64,000 nucleotides of DNA from Planctomycetota bacterium (GCA_965223545.1 OZ245006.1:3360001-3424000); one strand, 5' to 3'. Counted from the stretch's first letter, positions 42,168 through 52,908 are shown. Program-made: numbers and translations. The notes: a model not told the origin generated them from the sequence alone.

Positions 42168-42243
42168 GGGGCGACTCCGGGGGAGCTGGTCGGACTGCAC
42201 GATAGCGCCCCACGAGTCGCGGGCCGGTTCTCCACGGCCCGGC

Positions 42244-43341
42244 TCAGCCCTCGCCGTTGCCGCCGCGGCCGCGCCGACCCCGACCGCCGCGCCGGCGGCC
42301 GCCGCGCCGGCGGCGCTTCTTCTTGCCGACCTGCTCGGCGCTCGGGCGGTTGGGCGCGCGGCGGCCGGCACCGCCGCGACGTCCGCGGCGCTTGCGCCCG
42401 CCGCGCTTGCGGCGCGACGGCGCCGACTGCTCGTCGGCGCTCGGCAGCGACGGCTTGGCCATGGTCTCGGCCAGCGCCACCAGCTGCTCCTCCGTCTCGG
42501 GCTCGGGCAGCACCGCCGAGGCCGGCACCTCCTCTTCGCCACTCCAGGCGATGTCGAGCGCGACGGCGCTGGCAGCGCGGTAGAGCGGGGCGAACGCGGT
42601 CAGCACTTCCAGCGGCTCGGGCCACGAGCGCGGCGGGCCGACGGCACGGATCGCGCCGACGGCGACGTCCGGCGCCGCGATGTGGAAACCGAGCGAGGCG
42701 AGATCGCCGGCGACGTCGTACTCGTCCGGCTGCGGCGCCTCGATGAACTCCTCTTCGTCCTCTTCGGCCAGCGCGTCGGCACCGGCGCGATCGGTCGATG
42801 CCCGCGCGCTGCGGATCTCGCGCAGCTCGGCCAGCAGCTCCTCTTTGCTGCGGCCGCGCAGCTCGAACAGCAGGAACGGGTCGCGATCGAGCGCTTCGGC
42901 CAGGACGAACTGCGCCGCCGCGACGTGGCTGCACGGAAAGTCCGGCTCGTCACAAGTGCACTCGACCTCGACCTCGTGCCGGCGCTTGGGAAACAGCGAC
43001 GCGCGGCACTGCGCAAAGACGCGCTCGACGTCGCGCGGCATCTCGCCAGACAGTAGCTTGGCGGCGTAGAGCGCCTTGCGCGTCAGCCGGCGCAGCACGC
43101 GCTCCCAAACCACGGCCGACAGCGTGCGCAGCCGAATCTTGAGCTCGTAGACCTCGTCGTCCTCGCCGGGCACCACCGCCTGGATGCGCCCGGGTCCGAT
43201 CTTGAAGTCGCGCACTGCATCCGTCGTGCCCGGCGCCGCCGCGAGCGACCGCGACCAACCGCGACCCAGCCGGCGCAACGCCTGGATCCACCGCGAACCC
43301 CACCAGGTCTCGGTGAACGCCTGTCCCCGCGGACCGCTCAT
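42244..43341 (-). CDS. SWIM zinc-finger protein with Arg/Gly/Lys-rich tail
   Basis: 'CTC...PCSH' SWIM motif, 'TWWG..W', 'DPFLLFELRG'; ATGA overlap with the helicase. Confidence 0.88.
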   Translation of the reverse strand: MSGPRGQAFTETWWGSRWIQALRRLGRGWSRSLAAAPGTTDAVRDFKIGPGRIQAVVPGEDDEVYELKIRLRTLSAVVWERVLRRLTRKALYAAKLLSGEMPRDVERVFAQCRASLFPKRRHEVEVECTCDEPDFPCSHVAAAQFVLAEALDRDPFLLFELRGRSKEELLAELREIRSARASTDRAGADALAEEDEEEFIEAPQPDEYDVAGDLASLGFHIAAPDVAVGAIRAVGPPRSWPEPLEVLTAFAPLYRAASAVALDIAWSGEEEVPASAVLPEPETEEQLVALAETMAKPSLPSADEQSAPSRRKRGGRKRRGRRGGAGRRAPNRPSAEQVGKKKRRRRGGRRRGGRGRRGRGGNGEG

Positions 43342-46300
43342 TCGTCGTCTCCTTCGCCGTCGTCCTCGACCGCGTCACTGGACAGCTCGACCAGGGCGCG
43401 CAGCTCGTCGTCGCGCAGCTCGCTGAGCCACTGCTCGCCATCGCCGTAGGCGATCTCCGCCAACCCCCGCTTCTCGTCCAGCATGTGCGCGATCTTCTCT
43501 TCCAACGTGCCGAGCGCGACCAGCTTGTGCACGTAGACCGTCTCGGTCTGGCCGATGCGGTGCGCGCGGTCGGTGGCCTGCGCCTCGACCGCCGGGTTCC
43601 ACCACTGGTCGTAGTGGAACACGTGCGTGGCGCGAGTCAGGTTGAGGCCGGTGCCGCCCGCCTTGAGCGACAGGATGAACACCGGCGGCGCGTCGGCGGC
43701 CTCCTGGAAGCGCTCCACCATGTCGTCGCGCGCCCGGGCGTTGAGACCGCCGTGCAAGAACGGCACCTCCCAACCGAACGCCGACTCCAGATGCGCGACC
43801 AGCAGCTTGCCCATCTCCACGTACTGAGTGAACACCAGCGCGCGGTCGCCCTGGCCGACGGCCTCCTCGAGCATCTCGGTGAGCCGCGCCAGCTTGCCGG
43901 AATCGGCAGCGCTGACGGTGCCCTTCTTCAGATAGTGCGCGGGGTGGTTGCACACCTGCTTGAGCGCGGTCAACAGCGCCAGCACCTTGCCGCGCCGCTG
44001 CATGCCGCTCTTGCCCTGGATGTCCTTCCAGGTATCCGCCACGGTCTTGCGGTACAGCTTGACCTGCTGCGCCGACAGACTGCACGCCACCGTCGCCTCG
44101 ACCTTGTCCGGCAGGTCCGGCGCGACGTTGGGATCGGTCTTCAACCGGCGCAGGACGAACGGCTCCACCAACCGGCGCAGGCGTTTGGCTGCGCGCGGGT
44201 CGCGGTAGCGCTCGATCGGGCGCGCGACCACGCGGCGGAACTCGGCCAACGGCCCCAGCAGGCCGCGGTTGCCCCAGTCGAGGATCGACCACAGATCGGC
44301 CAACCGGTTCTCCACGGGCGTGCCGGTGAGCGCCAGCTTGCGCTTGGCGTGCAGCCCGCGCAGCGCCTGGGTCTGCGCCGCGCTCGGGTTCTTGATGTTC
44401 TGCGCCTCGTCGATCACGATCCCCGCCCACTCCATCTCGCCGAGCAGCTCGGCGTCGAGCCGCGCGGTCGAGTAGGTGGTCATCACCAGCGCGCCGGCGG
44501 GGCAGTTCTCTTCGAACTCGTCCAGCGAGCGCGCCCGGTCGGGGCCGTGGTGGCGCCGCACCGGCAGCTTGGGCACGAACTTCTCCGCTTCGCGGCCCCA
44601 GTTGCCGAGCACCGACGTCGGGCAGACGAGCAGCGTCGGCCGCCACTCGTCCGGATCGGTCTCACGCAACCGCTGCAGCAGCGCCAGGGTCATCGGCGTC
44701 TTGCCCAAGCCCATCTCGTCGGCGAGCACCGCGCCGACACCCTGCTGTTGCATGTGCACCAACCAGCCGAGACCGACCTTTTGGTAGCCGCGCAACTCAC
44801 CGACGAACCCCTTGGGCTCTTCCATCGGCTGCGCGCGCTCGTGCAGCGCGTCGACCAGCTCTTTGAGCTCATCGACCGCGACCACCGGCACCTCCGGGGC
44901 ATTGGGCGCCACCGGTGCAGTGCCGCGCAAGGCGAAGGTCAGCGCCTCGGCGATCGAGCCGCGACCCTCGGGGATGCCGTGGATCACGCGCGTCAGCGTC
45001 GCCAAGTCACGCGGATCGATGCACACCCAGCGACCCTTCCACCGCTTCAGCGCTCCCTTGGAACGCACCAGCGACTGGAACTGCCGGCCGGAGAGGATCT
45101 CACCGTCGAGCACGATGTTGCAACGGAAGCCCGCCGGTGCATCCCAGGCGATGGCGTGGCCGTTGTCGGCGTCGCGCTGCACCTCGCCCGACACCTCGAG
45201 CTGTGCGTGCAGCCGCCGTTCGCCGCCGCGGTCGAACTCGCGCGGAATGCGCACCCCGTGCCCCATCAAGCCGAGCAACGGCGCCGACGACGACAAGAAC
45301 TGCCACGCTGCGCCGGGCCGTAGATTGACGTGCGTCGGCCGCGGCCGGCCGAGGCTGCGCTCGATCGGCGCGAAGGTGCGCGCCGCCTCGCCCAGCGCCC
45401 GCAGGATGGTGTCGTGCGGATTGCGCACCGTGCGCTGGAACATCCGCGCGTTCTCACTGCCCAGCGTCCACACCGAGGCGAGCGGCAACACCTGCGCCAA
45501 GTCGTCGGTCGACTGCAGCTCGTACTCGAGCCGCCACGGCTCGGTCTCCGGCGCCTCGTCGGCGGGACGGTTGAGCTCGAACAGCACGCGCACGGGCTGA
45601 GCACCGGCGCCGAGCGCGGCGTGCGACCAGCTCCACAGCTCGTCGGGCAAGTGCCGCTCGGGCAAGCCCTGCGGCTCGAACGACGGATCCCCACCGACCA
45701 GCGCCCCGAGCCACCGCTGCGCCCAGTCGGGGGCGTCGGCGGGAGCCCCCACCGCACGCACCCGCGCCATCGCCTGGCGCATCAGGGTGTCGGCACACGA
45801 ATCCAAGAACTCGCGCAGCACCGCCGCCGCCGGCGCGAACTTCGGCCCTTCGTCGACCGCCTCTTCGTCCTCGACCGCACCATTGGTCCGCGCCTTGCCG
45901 TTGGACCGCGCCGAGTTGCGCCCACCGGCGTCTTCTTCTTCGTCGTCGTCGTCGTCGACTTCGACTTCGTCGTCGTCGTCGTCATCGTCGTAGTCGGCGT
46001 CGTAGTCCTCGTCGTCCCAGTCGTCGCCGTCATCGTCTTCTTCTTCGGCCTCGTCCTCGCCCTCATGAGGCCAGGCGTGCGCGCACGCGGGCATCGCTCG
46101 CGACAACAACCGGAACCGCTCGCGGTCCTCGTCTTGCGCAAGCACGACCGCCCACGTCGCGGCGCACGGCTCGCCCTCGTCGCCGCCGTCGATCGTCGGC
46201 AAGAAACGGCCGGCAGCGACCAGCTCGAGCGCGAACTTGGCGGCGTAGCTCCAGGCGGCGATCGCATCGCTCGGACTCGCCGAGCGGTGCGAGCGACCAT

Positions 46301-46601
46301 TGCCCCCCTCGACCCGCGACAGCAGCGACAAGCCGATGGTCAAGGGCATCGCGCAGGCATCGACGGACTGCAGCTGCCACAACGAGACCCCTTCTTCGGG
46401 CTCGTCGACCGGCACCACGACCTCGATGCGCCGCGCCTCGAGCTTGGGCAGCCCGGCACCTACCCAGGCGCGCAACGCCGCTTCGGCGTCGCCCTCCGGG
46501 CTCCAGAACACGAACTCTCCGGCTCCGCGACGCTCGCCGTCGGGGCGGAACAGACAACGCACTGAGCGAATGCTCGGCGGTTTCTTGGTTTTTGCGGCCA
46601 A
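43338..46601 (-). CDS. SNF2-family helicase/ATPase
   Basis: 'LADEMGLGKT', 'DEAQ', 'LTGTPVEN', 'SLKAGGTGLNL', 'QATDRAHRIGQ'; start uncertain (TTG 46601 chosen). Confidence 0.92.
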   Translation of the reverse strand: MAAKTKKPPSIRSVRCLFRPDGERRGAGEFVFWSPEGDAEAALRAWVGAGLPKLEARRIEVVVPVDEPEEGVSLWQLQSVDACAMPLTIGLSLLSRVEGGNGRSHRSASPSDAIAAWSYAAKFALELVAAGRFLPTIDGGDEGEPCAATWAVVLAQDEDRERFRLLSRAMPACAHAWPHEGEDEAEEEDDDGDDWDDEDYDADYDDDDDDDEVEVDDDDDEEEDAGGRNSARSNGKARTNGAVEDEEAVDEGPKFAPAAAVLREFLDSCADTLMRQAMARVRAVGAPADAPDWAQRWLGALVGGDPSFEPQGLPERHLPDELWSWSHAALGAGAQPVRVLFELNRPADEAPETEPWRLEYELQSTDDLAQVLPLASVWTLGSENARMFQRTVRNPHDTILRALGEAARTFAPIERSLGRPRPTHVNLRPGAAWQFLSSSAPLLGLMGHGVRIPREFDRGGERRLHAQLEVSGEVQRDADNGHAIAWDAPAGFRCNIVLDGEILSGRQFQSLVRSKGALKRWKGRWVCIDPRDLATLTRVIHGIPEGRGSIAEALTFALRGTAPVAPNAPEVPVVAVDELKELVDALHERAQPMEEPKGFVGELRGYQKVGLGWLVHMQQQGVGAVLADEMGLGKTPMTLALLQRLRETDPDEWRPTLLVCPTSVLGNWGREAEKFVPKLPVRRHHGPDRARSLDEFEENCPAGALVMTTYSTARLDAELLGEMEWAGIVIDEAQNIKNPSAAQTQALRGLHAKRKLALTGTPVENRLADLWSILDWGNRGLLGPLAEFRRVVARPIERYRDPRAAKRLRRLVEPFVLRRLKTDPNVAPDLPDKVEATVACSLSAQQVKLYRKTVADTWKDIQGKSGMQRRGKVLALLTALKQVCNHPAHYLKKGTVSAADSGKLARLTEMLEEAVGQGDRALVFTQYVEMGKLLVAHLESAFGWEVPFLHGGLNARARDDMVERFQEAADAPPVFILSLKAGGTGLNLTRATHVFHYDQWWNPAVEAQATDRAHRIGQTETVYVHKLVALGTLEEKIAHMLDEKRGLAEIAYGDGEQWLSELRDDELRALVELSSDAVEDDGEGDDE

Positions 46602-46894
46602 GGGATGGACGGACGTCGACTGCGCGACGGGTTTCGCGGTGGCTTCGAGCGACCACGGTGACACGCCCCGGCCGAAGTGGGATGGCTTCCCGTTCCTCCA
46701 GGGTGCCACGGCAATGGCCGCGACGATCGCCGGGCTGGCTGCAGCGGCGTCTCGCGCCGTGCCCGCTGGCGATCCCGGCGAAGGTCGAACCAGCGTCGCC
46801 GCCCACTCTAGCGGCAGTCCGGCGCGGCGCCAATGGCCTTGCAAGGCGATTCTCGCCCGGTCGACCCGCCGGGCCGAACGCCCGCCCGAACGCT

Positions 46895-47455
46895 CTACGA
46901 CGGCTCGGAGAGGTGATCGAGCACGAGCTGCACGCGGCGCTCGATCGCCTGCTCGGGCACGCGGACCGGGGAATAGCCCAGCTCCCGATACACGGCCTCC
47001 AGACAATCCCGCAGCGCGATCGAAGTCGCCGCGTCACTGGTCCTGCCGGTGGCGCGGCGCACGTGCGCGGCGGACAGTGTGTCGAGCACGAACACCCGGT
47101 CGTAGCGCTGCGCGTCGATCGCCGCCGCCAATCCGGCCGGCGCCGGCACGCCGAAGTGCCGGCAGTACGCCAGGCCGTCGACCCGACTGCGATCCAGGAA
47201 CAGGACCGCGGGCGCGCGGCGCAACGCCGCCTCCTCGAGCTCGATCTGACGCCGCAGAACGCGTTCTTGGAACGCCACGCGGTGCCCCTGCCGCCACTGC
47301 CGCTGGCCCTCGACACCGAGCTCGGCGTTGAGCTCCTCGATGACCTGGATGCCGGCCTCGGGCACCGCGTCGTAGCCGCGCGCCACCAGCGCCTCGACCA
47401 GCGTGGTCTTGCCGGAGAACGGTCCGCCGGTGATGACAGCGAGCTGCGTGCGCAC
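46895..47455 (-). CDS. AAA_28 (NadR/Ttd14-like) P-loop protein
   Basis: 'ITGGPFSGKTTL', 'VPEAG', 'FLDRS..D..AY'. Confidence 0.85.
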   Translation of the reverse strand: MRTQLAVITGGPFSGKTTLVEALVARGYDAVPEAGIQVIEELNAELGVEGQRQWRQGHRVAFQERVLRRQIELEEAALRRAPAVLFLDRSRVDGLAYCRHFGVPAPAGLAAAIDAQRYDRVFVLDTLSAAHVRRATGRTSDAATSIALRDCLEAVYRELGYSPVRVPEQAIERRVQLVLDHLSEPS

Positions 47456-47521
47456 GCGGGGATCTTATCGGGTCGCGCGGAAAGGCTTGGCAGCACGCCG
47501 AAAACCGGCTACGCCCGGGAT

Positions 47522-47884
47522 GTGCCCACTTCCAGCTACGACGACACCAACGTCTTCGCCAAGATCCTGCGCGGCGAGATCCCGGCCGACGTGGTCTTCG
47601 AGGACGACGTCTGCCTGGCGTTTCGCGACGTCTCGCCGCAGGCACCCAGTCACGTCCTGGTGATCCCGAAGGCGCCGATCGCCAAGCTGGCGGACGCGAC
47701 TGCCGATGACAAGGCGGTTCTCGGCCACCTGCTCTGGGCCACCGGCGAAGTCGCGCGCCGGCTCGGCATCGATGAGAGCGGCTTTCGCGTCGTGATCAAC
47801 AACGGCGCGGGCGCCAACCAGACCGTGTTCCACCTCCACCTGCACGTTCTGGGCGGGCGTAACTTCCGCTGGCCACCGGGCTAG
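47522..47884 (+). CDS. HIT family nucleotide-binding protein
   Basis: 'FAKILRGEIP', 'PQAPSHVLVIPK', 'QTVFHLHLH', 'WPPG'. Confidence 0.93.
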   Translation: MPTSSYDDTNVFAKILRGEIPADVVFEDDVCLAFRDVSPQAPSHVLVIPKAPIAKLADATADDKAVLGHLLWATGEVARRLGIDESGFRVVINNGAGANQTVFHLHLHVLGGRNFRWPPG

Positions 47885-47941
47885 AACGACAGAGAAGGCG
47901 TATGGTCGTGCATCTGCCGCGCGCGGCAGCGCCTTGTGAAC

Positions 47942-49384
47942 ATGGAAATCGGTCAGCTCCTGATCGGCGGTGAGTGGCGCGACGCCGCGTCGGGCACGAC
48001 CTACTGCACGATCGACCCCGCCGACGAGCAGACCAGCGCGACCTGTGCGGTGGCCGATGCCGCCGACGTCGACGCGGCAGTCGGCGCCGCGCGCGCGGCG
48101 TTCGACGGCTGGGCGTCGACGCCGCCCGAGCGGCGCGCGGCGGCACTCGACGCACTGGCGGCGGCGCTGGAGGCGCGCGCCGACGAAGTCGCCAAACTCG
48201 AGGTGCGCAACACCGGCAAGACGTGGTTCGACGCGCGCCGCGTCGAGGTACCGCTCGCCGCGCGCGTGCTGCGCTACTACGCCGGCTTGGCGACGCAGAT
48301 CACCGGCGACACGATTCCAGTGGCCGGCGAGGCGTTTGCCTTCACCACGCGCGAGCCGGTCGGCGTGGTCGCCGCCATCGTGCCGTGGAACTTCCCGCTG
48401 CTGCTCGCGATCTGGAAGATCGCGCCCGCCCTGGCCGCCGGCTGCACGGTAGTCGCCAAGCCGGCGAGCCTGACGCCACTCAGCCTGCTCGCGCTCGGTC
48501 GGCTGGCGCTCGACACCGGTCTGCCAGCCGGCGTCCTCAACATCGTTACCGGGCCGGGCGACGCGGTCGGCGGCGCGCTGGTGCGCCACGCCGGCGTCGA
48601 CAAGGTGGCGTTCACCGGCTCGACCGCGGTCGGGCGCTCGGTGGCGCGCGATGCAGGTGACACGCTCAAGCACGTGTCGTTGGAGCTCGGCGGCAAGTCG
48701 CCCAACCTGGTGTTCGCCGATGCCGACCGGACGGCCGCGGTCCGCGGCGCGCTCACCGGAATCTTCTACAACAAGGGCGAGGTGTGCGCCGCCGGCTCGC
48801 GACTTCTCGTGCAACGCTCGATCCACGCCGAGTTCGTCGAACAACTGCGCACTGCCGTCGACAAGTTCGTCGTTGGCCACCCGATGCAGCCCGGAGTGCG
48901 CGTCGGACCGGTGATCAGTGCCCAACAACGCGACACCGTGCTCGGCTACATCGCCCGTGGCATCGACGAGGGCGCCCGGCTGGTCACCGGCGGCGCGCGC
49001 GTCCGCGTCGGCGACGGCAAGGGACACTTCATCGCGCCCACGATCTTTGACGACGTCAAGAACGGCATGACCATTGCCCGCGAAGAGATCTTCGGGCCGG
49101 TGTTGAGCGTGATCCCGTTCGACGACGTCGACGACGCCGTCGCGATCGCCAACGACACCGAGTACGGGCTGGCCGCCGGGGTGTGGACCAAAGACCTCGG
49201 CCGCGCGCTGCGCACCGCGCGGCGGTTGCGGGCCGGCACGGTCTGGGTCAACACCTACAATGTCTACGATCCCGCCGTGCCGTTCGGCGGGTTCAAGAGC
49301 AGCGGCATCGGCCGCGAACTGGGGATCGAGGCCATCTCGAGCTACGTGGAGACCAAGTCGACATGGGTGAACCTGGACCGCTGA
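47942..49384 (+). CDS. NAD(P)-dependent aldehyde dehydrogenase
   Basis: 'PWNFP', 'FTGST', 'LELGGK', 'GEVC', 'EEIFGP'. Confidence 0.95.
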   Translation: MEIGQLLIGGEWRDAASGTTYCTIDPADEQTSATCAVADAADVDAAVGAARAAFDGWASTPPERRAAALDALAAALEARADEVAKLEVRNTGKTWFDARRVEVPLAARVLRYYAGLATQITGDTIPVAGEAFAFTTREPVGVVAAIVPWNFPLLLAIWKIAPALAAGCTVVAKPASLTPLSLLALGRLALDTGLPAGVLNIVTGPGDAVGGALVRHAGVDKVAFTGSTAVGRSVARDAGDTLKHVSLELGGKSPNLVFADADRTAAVRGALTGIFYNKGEVCAAGSRLLVQRSIHAEFVEQLRTAVDKFVVGHPMQPGVRVGPVISAQQRDTVLGYIARGIDEGARLVTGGARVRVGDGKGHFIAPTIFDDVKNGMTIAREEIFGPVLSVIPFDDVDDAVAIANDTEYGLAAGVWTKDLGRALRTARRLRAGTVWVNTYNVYDPAVPFGGFKSSGIGRELGIEAISSYVETKSTWVNLDR

Positions 49385-51156
49385 AGCAGCAACTCGACGA
49401 GCCGGACGTGTTCTTCCTGCCGCTGTCGGTGCCCGAGCTCGACGCGTTCGACGACCTCGACGCCGGCGTGCTGTCCCGCCGCTTGCCGCACTTCCTGCAC
49501 CTCCTGCTCAACGAGGGCGACCAGGCGCCGACCGGGCTGCTCGAGGTGCAATCGCCGCCCGACGAGGGCCCGGTGCACTGGGTCACGCTGGAGGAGCCGA
49601 TCGACCCCGACGAGGCGTTGCAGCTGCTGCCCGACGCCGATACGGTGCGCGCGCTGGTCACCGGCGTGCTCGGCCGTGAGGGCGACGCACTCAGCGTGAC
49701 CCTGTGGGTGCACCGCAACGGCGAGGACACCCAGTGCGTCGAGGGCCGGCTGTCGACCGGCGCGCCGATGGCGGGACTGCGGCGGCTGACGGTGCGATTG
49801 GCGCGCGCGCTCGAGCTGACCCCCTTCTGGCCCGAGGCGGGGCTACTGACCGAGCGCGGCGACGCGTTCATGGCGTTCTTGCAGGGGCTAGACGGAGCCG
49901 CCCTGCTCAACGGCCACCTCGACATCGACGAAGTCCTCGATCCGCGCCTCAGCTTGGCGCCGTTCGCCGGCGCGCTCGAGCTGGACCACGGCTTCGGGCT
50001 GGCGCTGCGCACCGCGCACATCAGCATGGCCAACGCGCTGGAGAGCGGGCGCATGACCACCGCGGCATCGGTGGCGACGCTGGACGCGTGCTTCGCCTCG
50101 CTGCCGGCCGATGGGGATGGCTGCGTCGCGGTCGCCGAGCACCTGGCGGTGTTGGGCGACGAGGACCGCGCGCGCGCCTGGCTGGAGCACGCCACGAGCC
50201 TCTCGCCGGTGCCGGTGCGCGCGCTCGAGAGCTTGGGCATCCTGCTCGCCAACCAGGGCGACACCGCCCGGGCGCAAGAGCTGTGGCGGCGCGGGCTGGA
50301 GCTCGACGGGCACCCCGACTTCTTGGCCCATTTGGCGCGGCTGGCGTTCAGCGAAGGCGCGACGCACGATGGCTGGGATCGCGCGCTGCGCGGCCTGCGC
50401 CGCATGTGCGAGCGCGCGATACGCCCCGGCGAGTGGGACGACGACGGCCGCGGCGCCGGTCTGCTGCTGCGCTACCTGGTCGAGCACCTCGACGACGAGA
50501 AGCCGCCGGAGGAGCTGGGTGACCTGCTGCTCGATCTGGTCGACGCGCTGCAGACGCCGTCCGACCGCATCGAGCTCGGCCGCTGTCTGCTGGCGGTCGG
50601 CGCCACCGACGCGGCGCGCAGCGAGCTGCTCGCCGGGCTCGCGCAGACCGACGACCCCCGCCTGCGCGACGTCGTCGCCCGTGCGCTGCTCGCGATCGAC
50701 ATTCCCGACTTCGACCGCCGCTTCGCCGCTGCGGTCGACGTCGCCGCGCACGGCGACGACCCCGGGCTCGCGGTCGAAGAGCTGGCCGCGATGCTCGACT
50801 ACCAGGCCTCGTTCTGGCCGGCGCTGTTCTTCATGGGCGTCGCCGAGCGCCGCCGCGGCAACACCGACCGCGCCCTCGACCTGATGGCCGACGTGCTCGC
50901 GCTGCGCCCCGGCCAACCCGACGCGCTGGGCGAGATGGCCGACCTGTTCGCCGCGCGCGGCAACCCCAAGCGCGCGCTCGAGTGCATCGACGACGCACTG
51001 GCAGCGGATGGCGAGGACGCGCAGATGCTGGGTTCGCGGGCGCGCTACCTGGCGGCGCTCGGGCGGCGGCGGGATGCGCGCGAGGCGGTCGACCGCGCGC
51101 TCGCGGTCGATCCCGACCAGGCGGAGCTGTTGGAGCTGAAGCGGCGGCTGGGGTAG
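49363..51156 (+). CDS. Tetratricopeptide repeat protein
   Basis: Repeated 'LG..L...G....A......AL...P' helices; start uncertain. Confidence 0.75.
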   Translation: MGEPGPLKQQLDEPDVFFLPLSVPELDAFDDLDAGVLSRRLPHFLHLLLNEGDQAPTGLLEVQSPPDEGPVHWVTLEEPIDPDEALQLLPDADTVRALVTGVLGREGDALSVTLWVHRNGEDTQCVEGRLSTGAPMAGLRRLTVRLARALELTPFWPEAGLLTERGDAFMAFLQGLDGAALLNGHLDIDEVLDPRLSLAPFAGALELDHGFGLALRTAHISMANALESGRMTTAASVATLDACFASLPADGDGCVAVAEHLAVLGDEDRARAWLEHATSLSPVPVRALESLGILLANQGDTARAQELWRRGLELDGHPDFLAHLARLAFSEGATHDGWDRALRGLRRMCERAIRPGEWDDDGRGAGLLLRYLVEHLDDEKPPEELGDLLLDLVDALQTPSDRIELGRCLLAVGATDAARSELLAGLAQTDDPRLRDVVARALLAIDIPDFDRRFAAAVDVAAHGDDPGLAVEELAAMLDYQASFWPALFFMGVAERRRGNTDRALDLMADVLALRPGQPDALGEMADLFAARGNPKRALECIDDALAADGEDAQMLGSRARYLAALGRRRDAREAVDRALAVDPDQAELLELKRRLG

Positions 51157-51181
51157 GCCAGGGCCAACGAAACGAGGAGGC

Positions 51182-52906
51182 GTGGTCGTGTCGATCCGGG
51201 CACTGTGCGCAGCTTCGCCACTTCGACGCACCACAGTCCTCCTGACCGTCGCGTTCTCAGCGACGTTGGCCTTGGTCCACGCCGGCGCGGCGGGCAGTGA
51301 CACGACACCTCCGGCGCCAGCAGCGGGCCCGGGACTGATGCCACGAGTGCCGACCTCAGGGCAGAAGACCGCCGAGCCGACGGGCACCGTCGACGGCCGC
51401 ATCGCGGTCCGCGCGGCCAGAGGCCCCGAGGTCGTGGTCGCCGGTCGGTGTGTCGACCGCAGGACGTGGCTCCCACTCGCTGGCTGCCGAGTCGAGCTGG
51501 AGGCCCTCGGCTCCGTCGCCGAAGAGCACCCCCGACCCGGACCACTCCGACGCGAAGGGACGTCGGGCGCCGATGGTCGGTTCCAGATCGCCGCGTCTCG
51601 ACACTTCCTCGAGAAGTTCCAGCTGCGCGTGGCCCGCGACGGGTACGGGGCCGTGCACAGCCCGGGGCGCATCGGAGACGCCAAGGACTCCGTCATTCTC
51701 GCCGGCGATGTGCCGATGAGCCCGGCGAGCACGCTCGAGGGCAGAGTCGTCGACCTGCACGGCGCCCCGGCGGCCGGCGTTCCGCTTTGGATCAGGCTGC
51801 GGCCCGCGCCGGAAGAGTGCGCGCCCGGGTTCCACGTCCGCGATTCAGCTTCGGTGACGACCACCGCCGACGGCTCGTTTCGCATCGAGGGCTTGGCTCC
51901 CGGCCGAGTGGACGCGATGCACACATCCGCCACTCCCTACGAGCTCGCGTTCGGGCCGCAGGGATTGACGCTGCATCGGGGCCAAGGCCGAGCGTACCTG
52001 GAGATCGTCGTCCGCCCGCGCGCAGTGCTCGAGGGAGTCGTGCTCGACGCGCGCGGCACACCGGTCGCCGACGCCACGGTGATCTGGCGCGACGCGCGCG
52101 ACGGCTCGCGGCGCTCGGCGCGTGCGACCGCGACTGGAGCGGACGGCCGCTTTCGACTGTGGCGCGGGCACGATTGGTTCAACGGCGGCTGCGGTCCCCG
52201 CGGCCGACTGCAGGTCGTGCATGCCGGATGCGACCCGATCGTGACCGAGGACAGCTACGAATGGGGACGGCGCGATGTGCTCATCGTCGCGCGGCGGCAA
52301 TCCCTGCTGCGGGTATCCGTGCGCTGCGCCGACCGGGGAACACCGATCGCGGCCTTTCGCGCGGCCGTGGTCCCCTGCGCCCCGGACAGCGCGGGAGAAC
52401 CCGGACGGTGGCACACCAGCGTCGCCGGCGGCGGTGAGATCGATCTGCCCGCACGCCGCGGAGTCAACGAGCTGCAAGTCTTACCCGAGAATCCCGCCTG
52501 GTCGCCCGTCGTGATGCGCGTGGCGATCGATGCGCCGGTCCGTGAGCTCGCCGTCGAGCTGCGCCGCAGGCACGAGTGCGCGCTGCGCGTGACCGTCGAC
52601 GGCAAGCCAGCGGTCGGCGCCTGGATCGAAGTCGCGCTGCCGACCGCGGGGACCGGCGAGGAGTTCATCCACGAGCTCGGCCGATCGCCCGGCCCGACTC
52701 TCGGTGCGGCGGCTCTCCTGCACCGCGCGCGTTGCGACGAAGACGGGATCGCGCGCGTCAGCGGACCGCCCACGACGACGCTGACACTGCAGGTGACAGG
52801 CGGCGGCCTTTCCAGCGGCCGAACGACCCGAGTCCGCCTCGATCCCGGTATCGCGCAGCTCGAGATCGCGCTCACGGCCAGCGGCGGCGACCGCGGCCGC
52901 GACTAG
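51182..52906 (+). CDS. Exported carboxypeptidase-regulatory-like domain protein
   Basis: RBS GAGGAGG; signal/TM segment; repeats 'LEG.V.D..G.P...TADG.F'. Confidence 0.75.
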   Translation: MVVSIRALCAASPLRRTTVLLTVAFSATLALVHAGAAGSDTTPPAPAAGPGLMPRVPTSGQKTAEPTGTVDGRIAVRAARGPEVVVAGRCVDRRTWLPLAGCRVELEALGSVAEEHPRPGPLRREGTSGADGRFQIAASRHFLEKFQLRVARDGYGAVHSPGRIGDAKDSVILAGDVPMSPASTLEGRVVDLHGAPAAGVPLWIRLRPAPEECAPGFHVRDSASVTTTADGSFRIEGLAPGRVDAMHTSATPYELAFGPQGLTLHRGQGRAYLEIVVRPRAVLEGVVLDARGTPVADATVIWRDARDGSRRSARATATGADGRFRLWRGHDWFNGGCGPRGRLQVVHAGCDPIVTEDSYEWGRRDVLIVARRQSLLRVSVRCADRGTPIAAFRAAVVPCAPDSAGEPGRWHTSVAGGGEIDLPARRGVNELQVLPENPAWSPVVMRVAIDAPVRELAVELRRRHECALRVTVDGKPAVGAWIEVALPTAGTGEEFIHELGRSPGPTLGAAALLHRARCDEDGIARVSGPPTTTLTLQVTGGGLSSGRTTRVRLDPGIAQLEIALTASGGDRGRD

Positions 52907-52908
52907 CA

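Noticed and set aside
45930..46065. (TCG)n-like low-complexity tract as a tandem repeat or CRISPR array
   Set aside because: It encodes the Asp/Glu tract of the SNF2 protein; there is no repeat-spacer periodicity and no cas genes.
42244..47884. Anti-phage defence island (SNF2, AAA, HIT)
   Set aside because: No nuclease, methylase or other defence genes, and no compositional shift; it resembles the common chromosomal SNF2-SWIM pair next to housekeeping genes.
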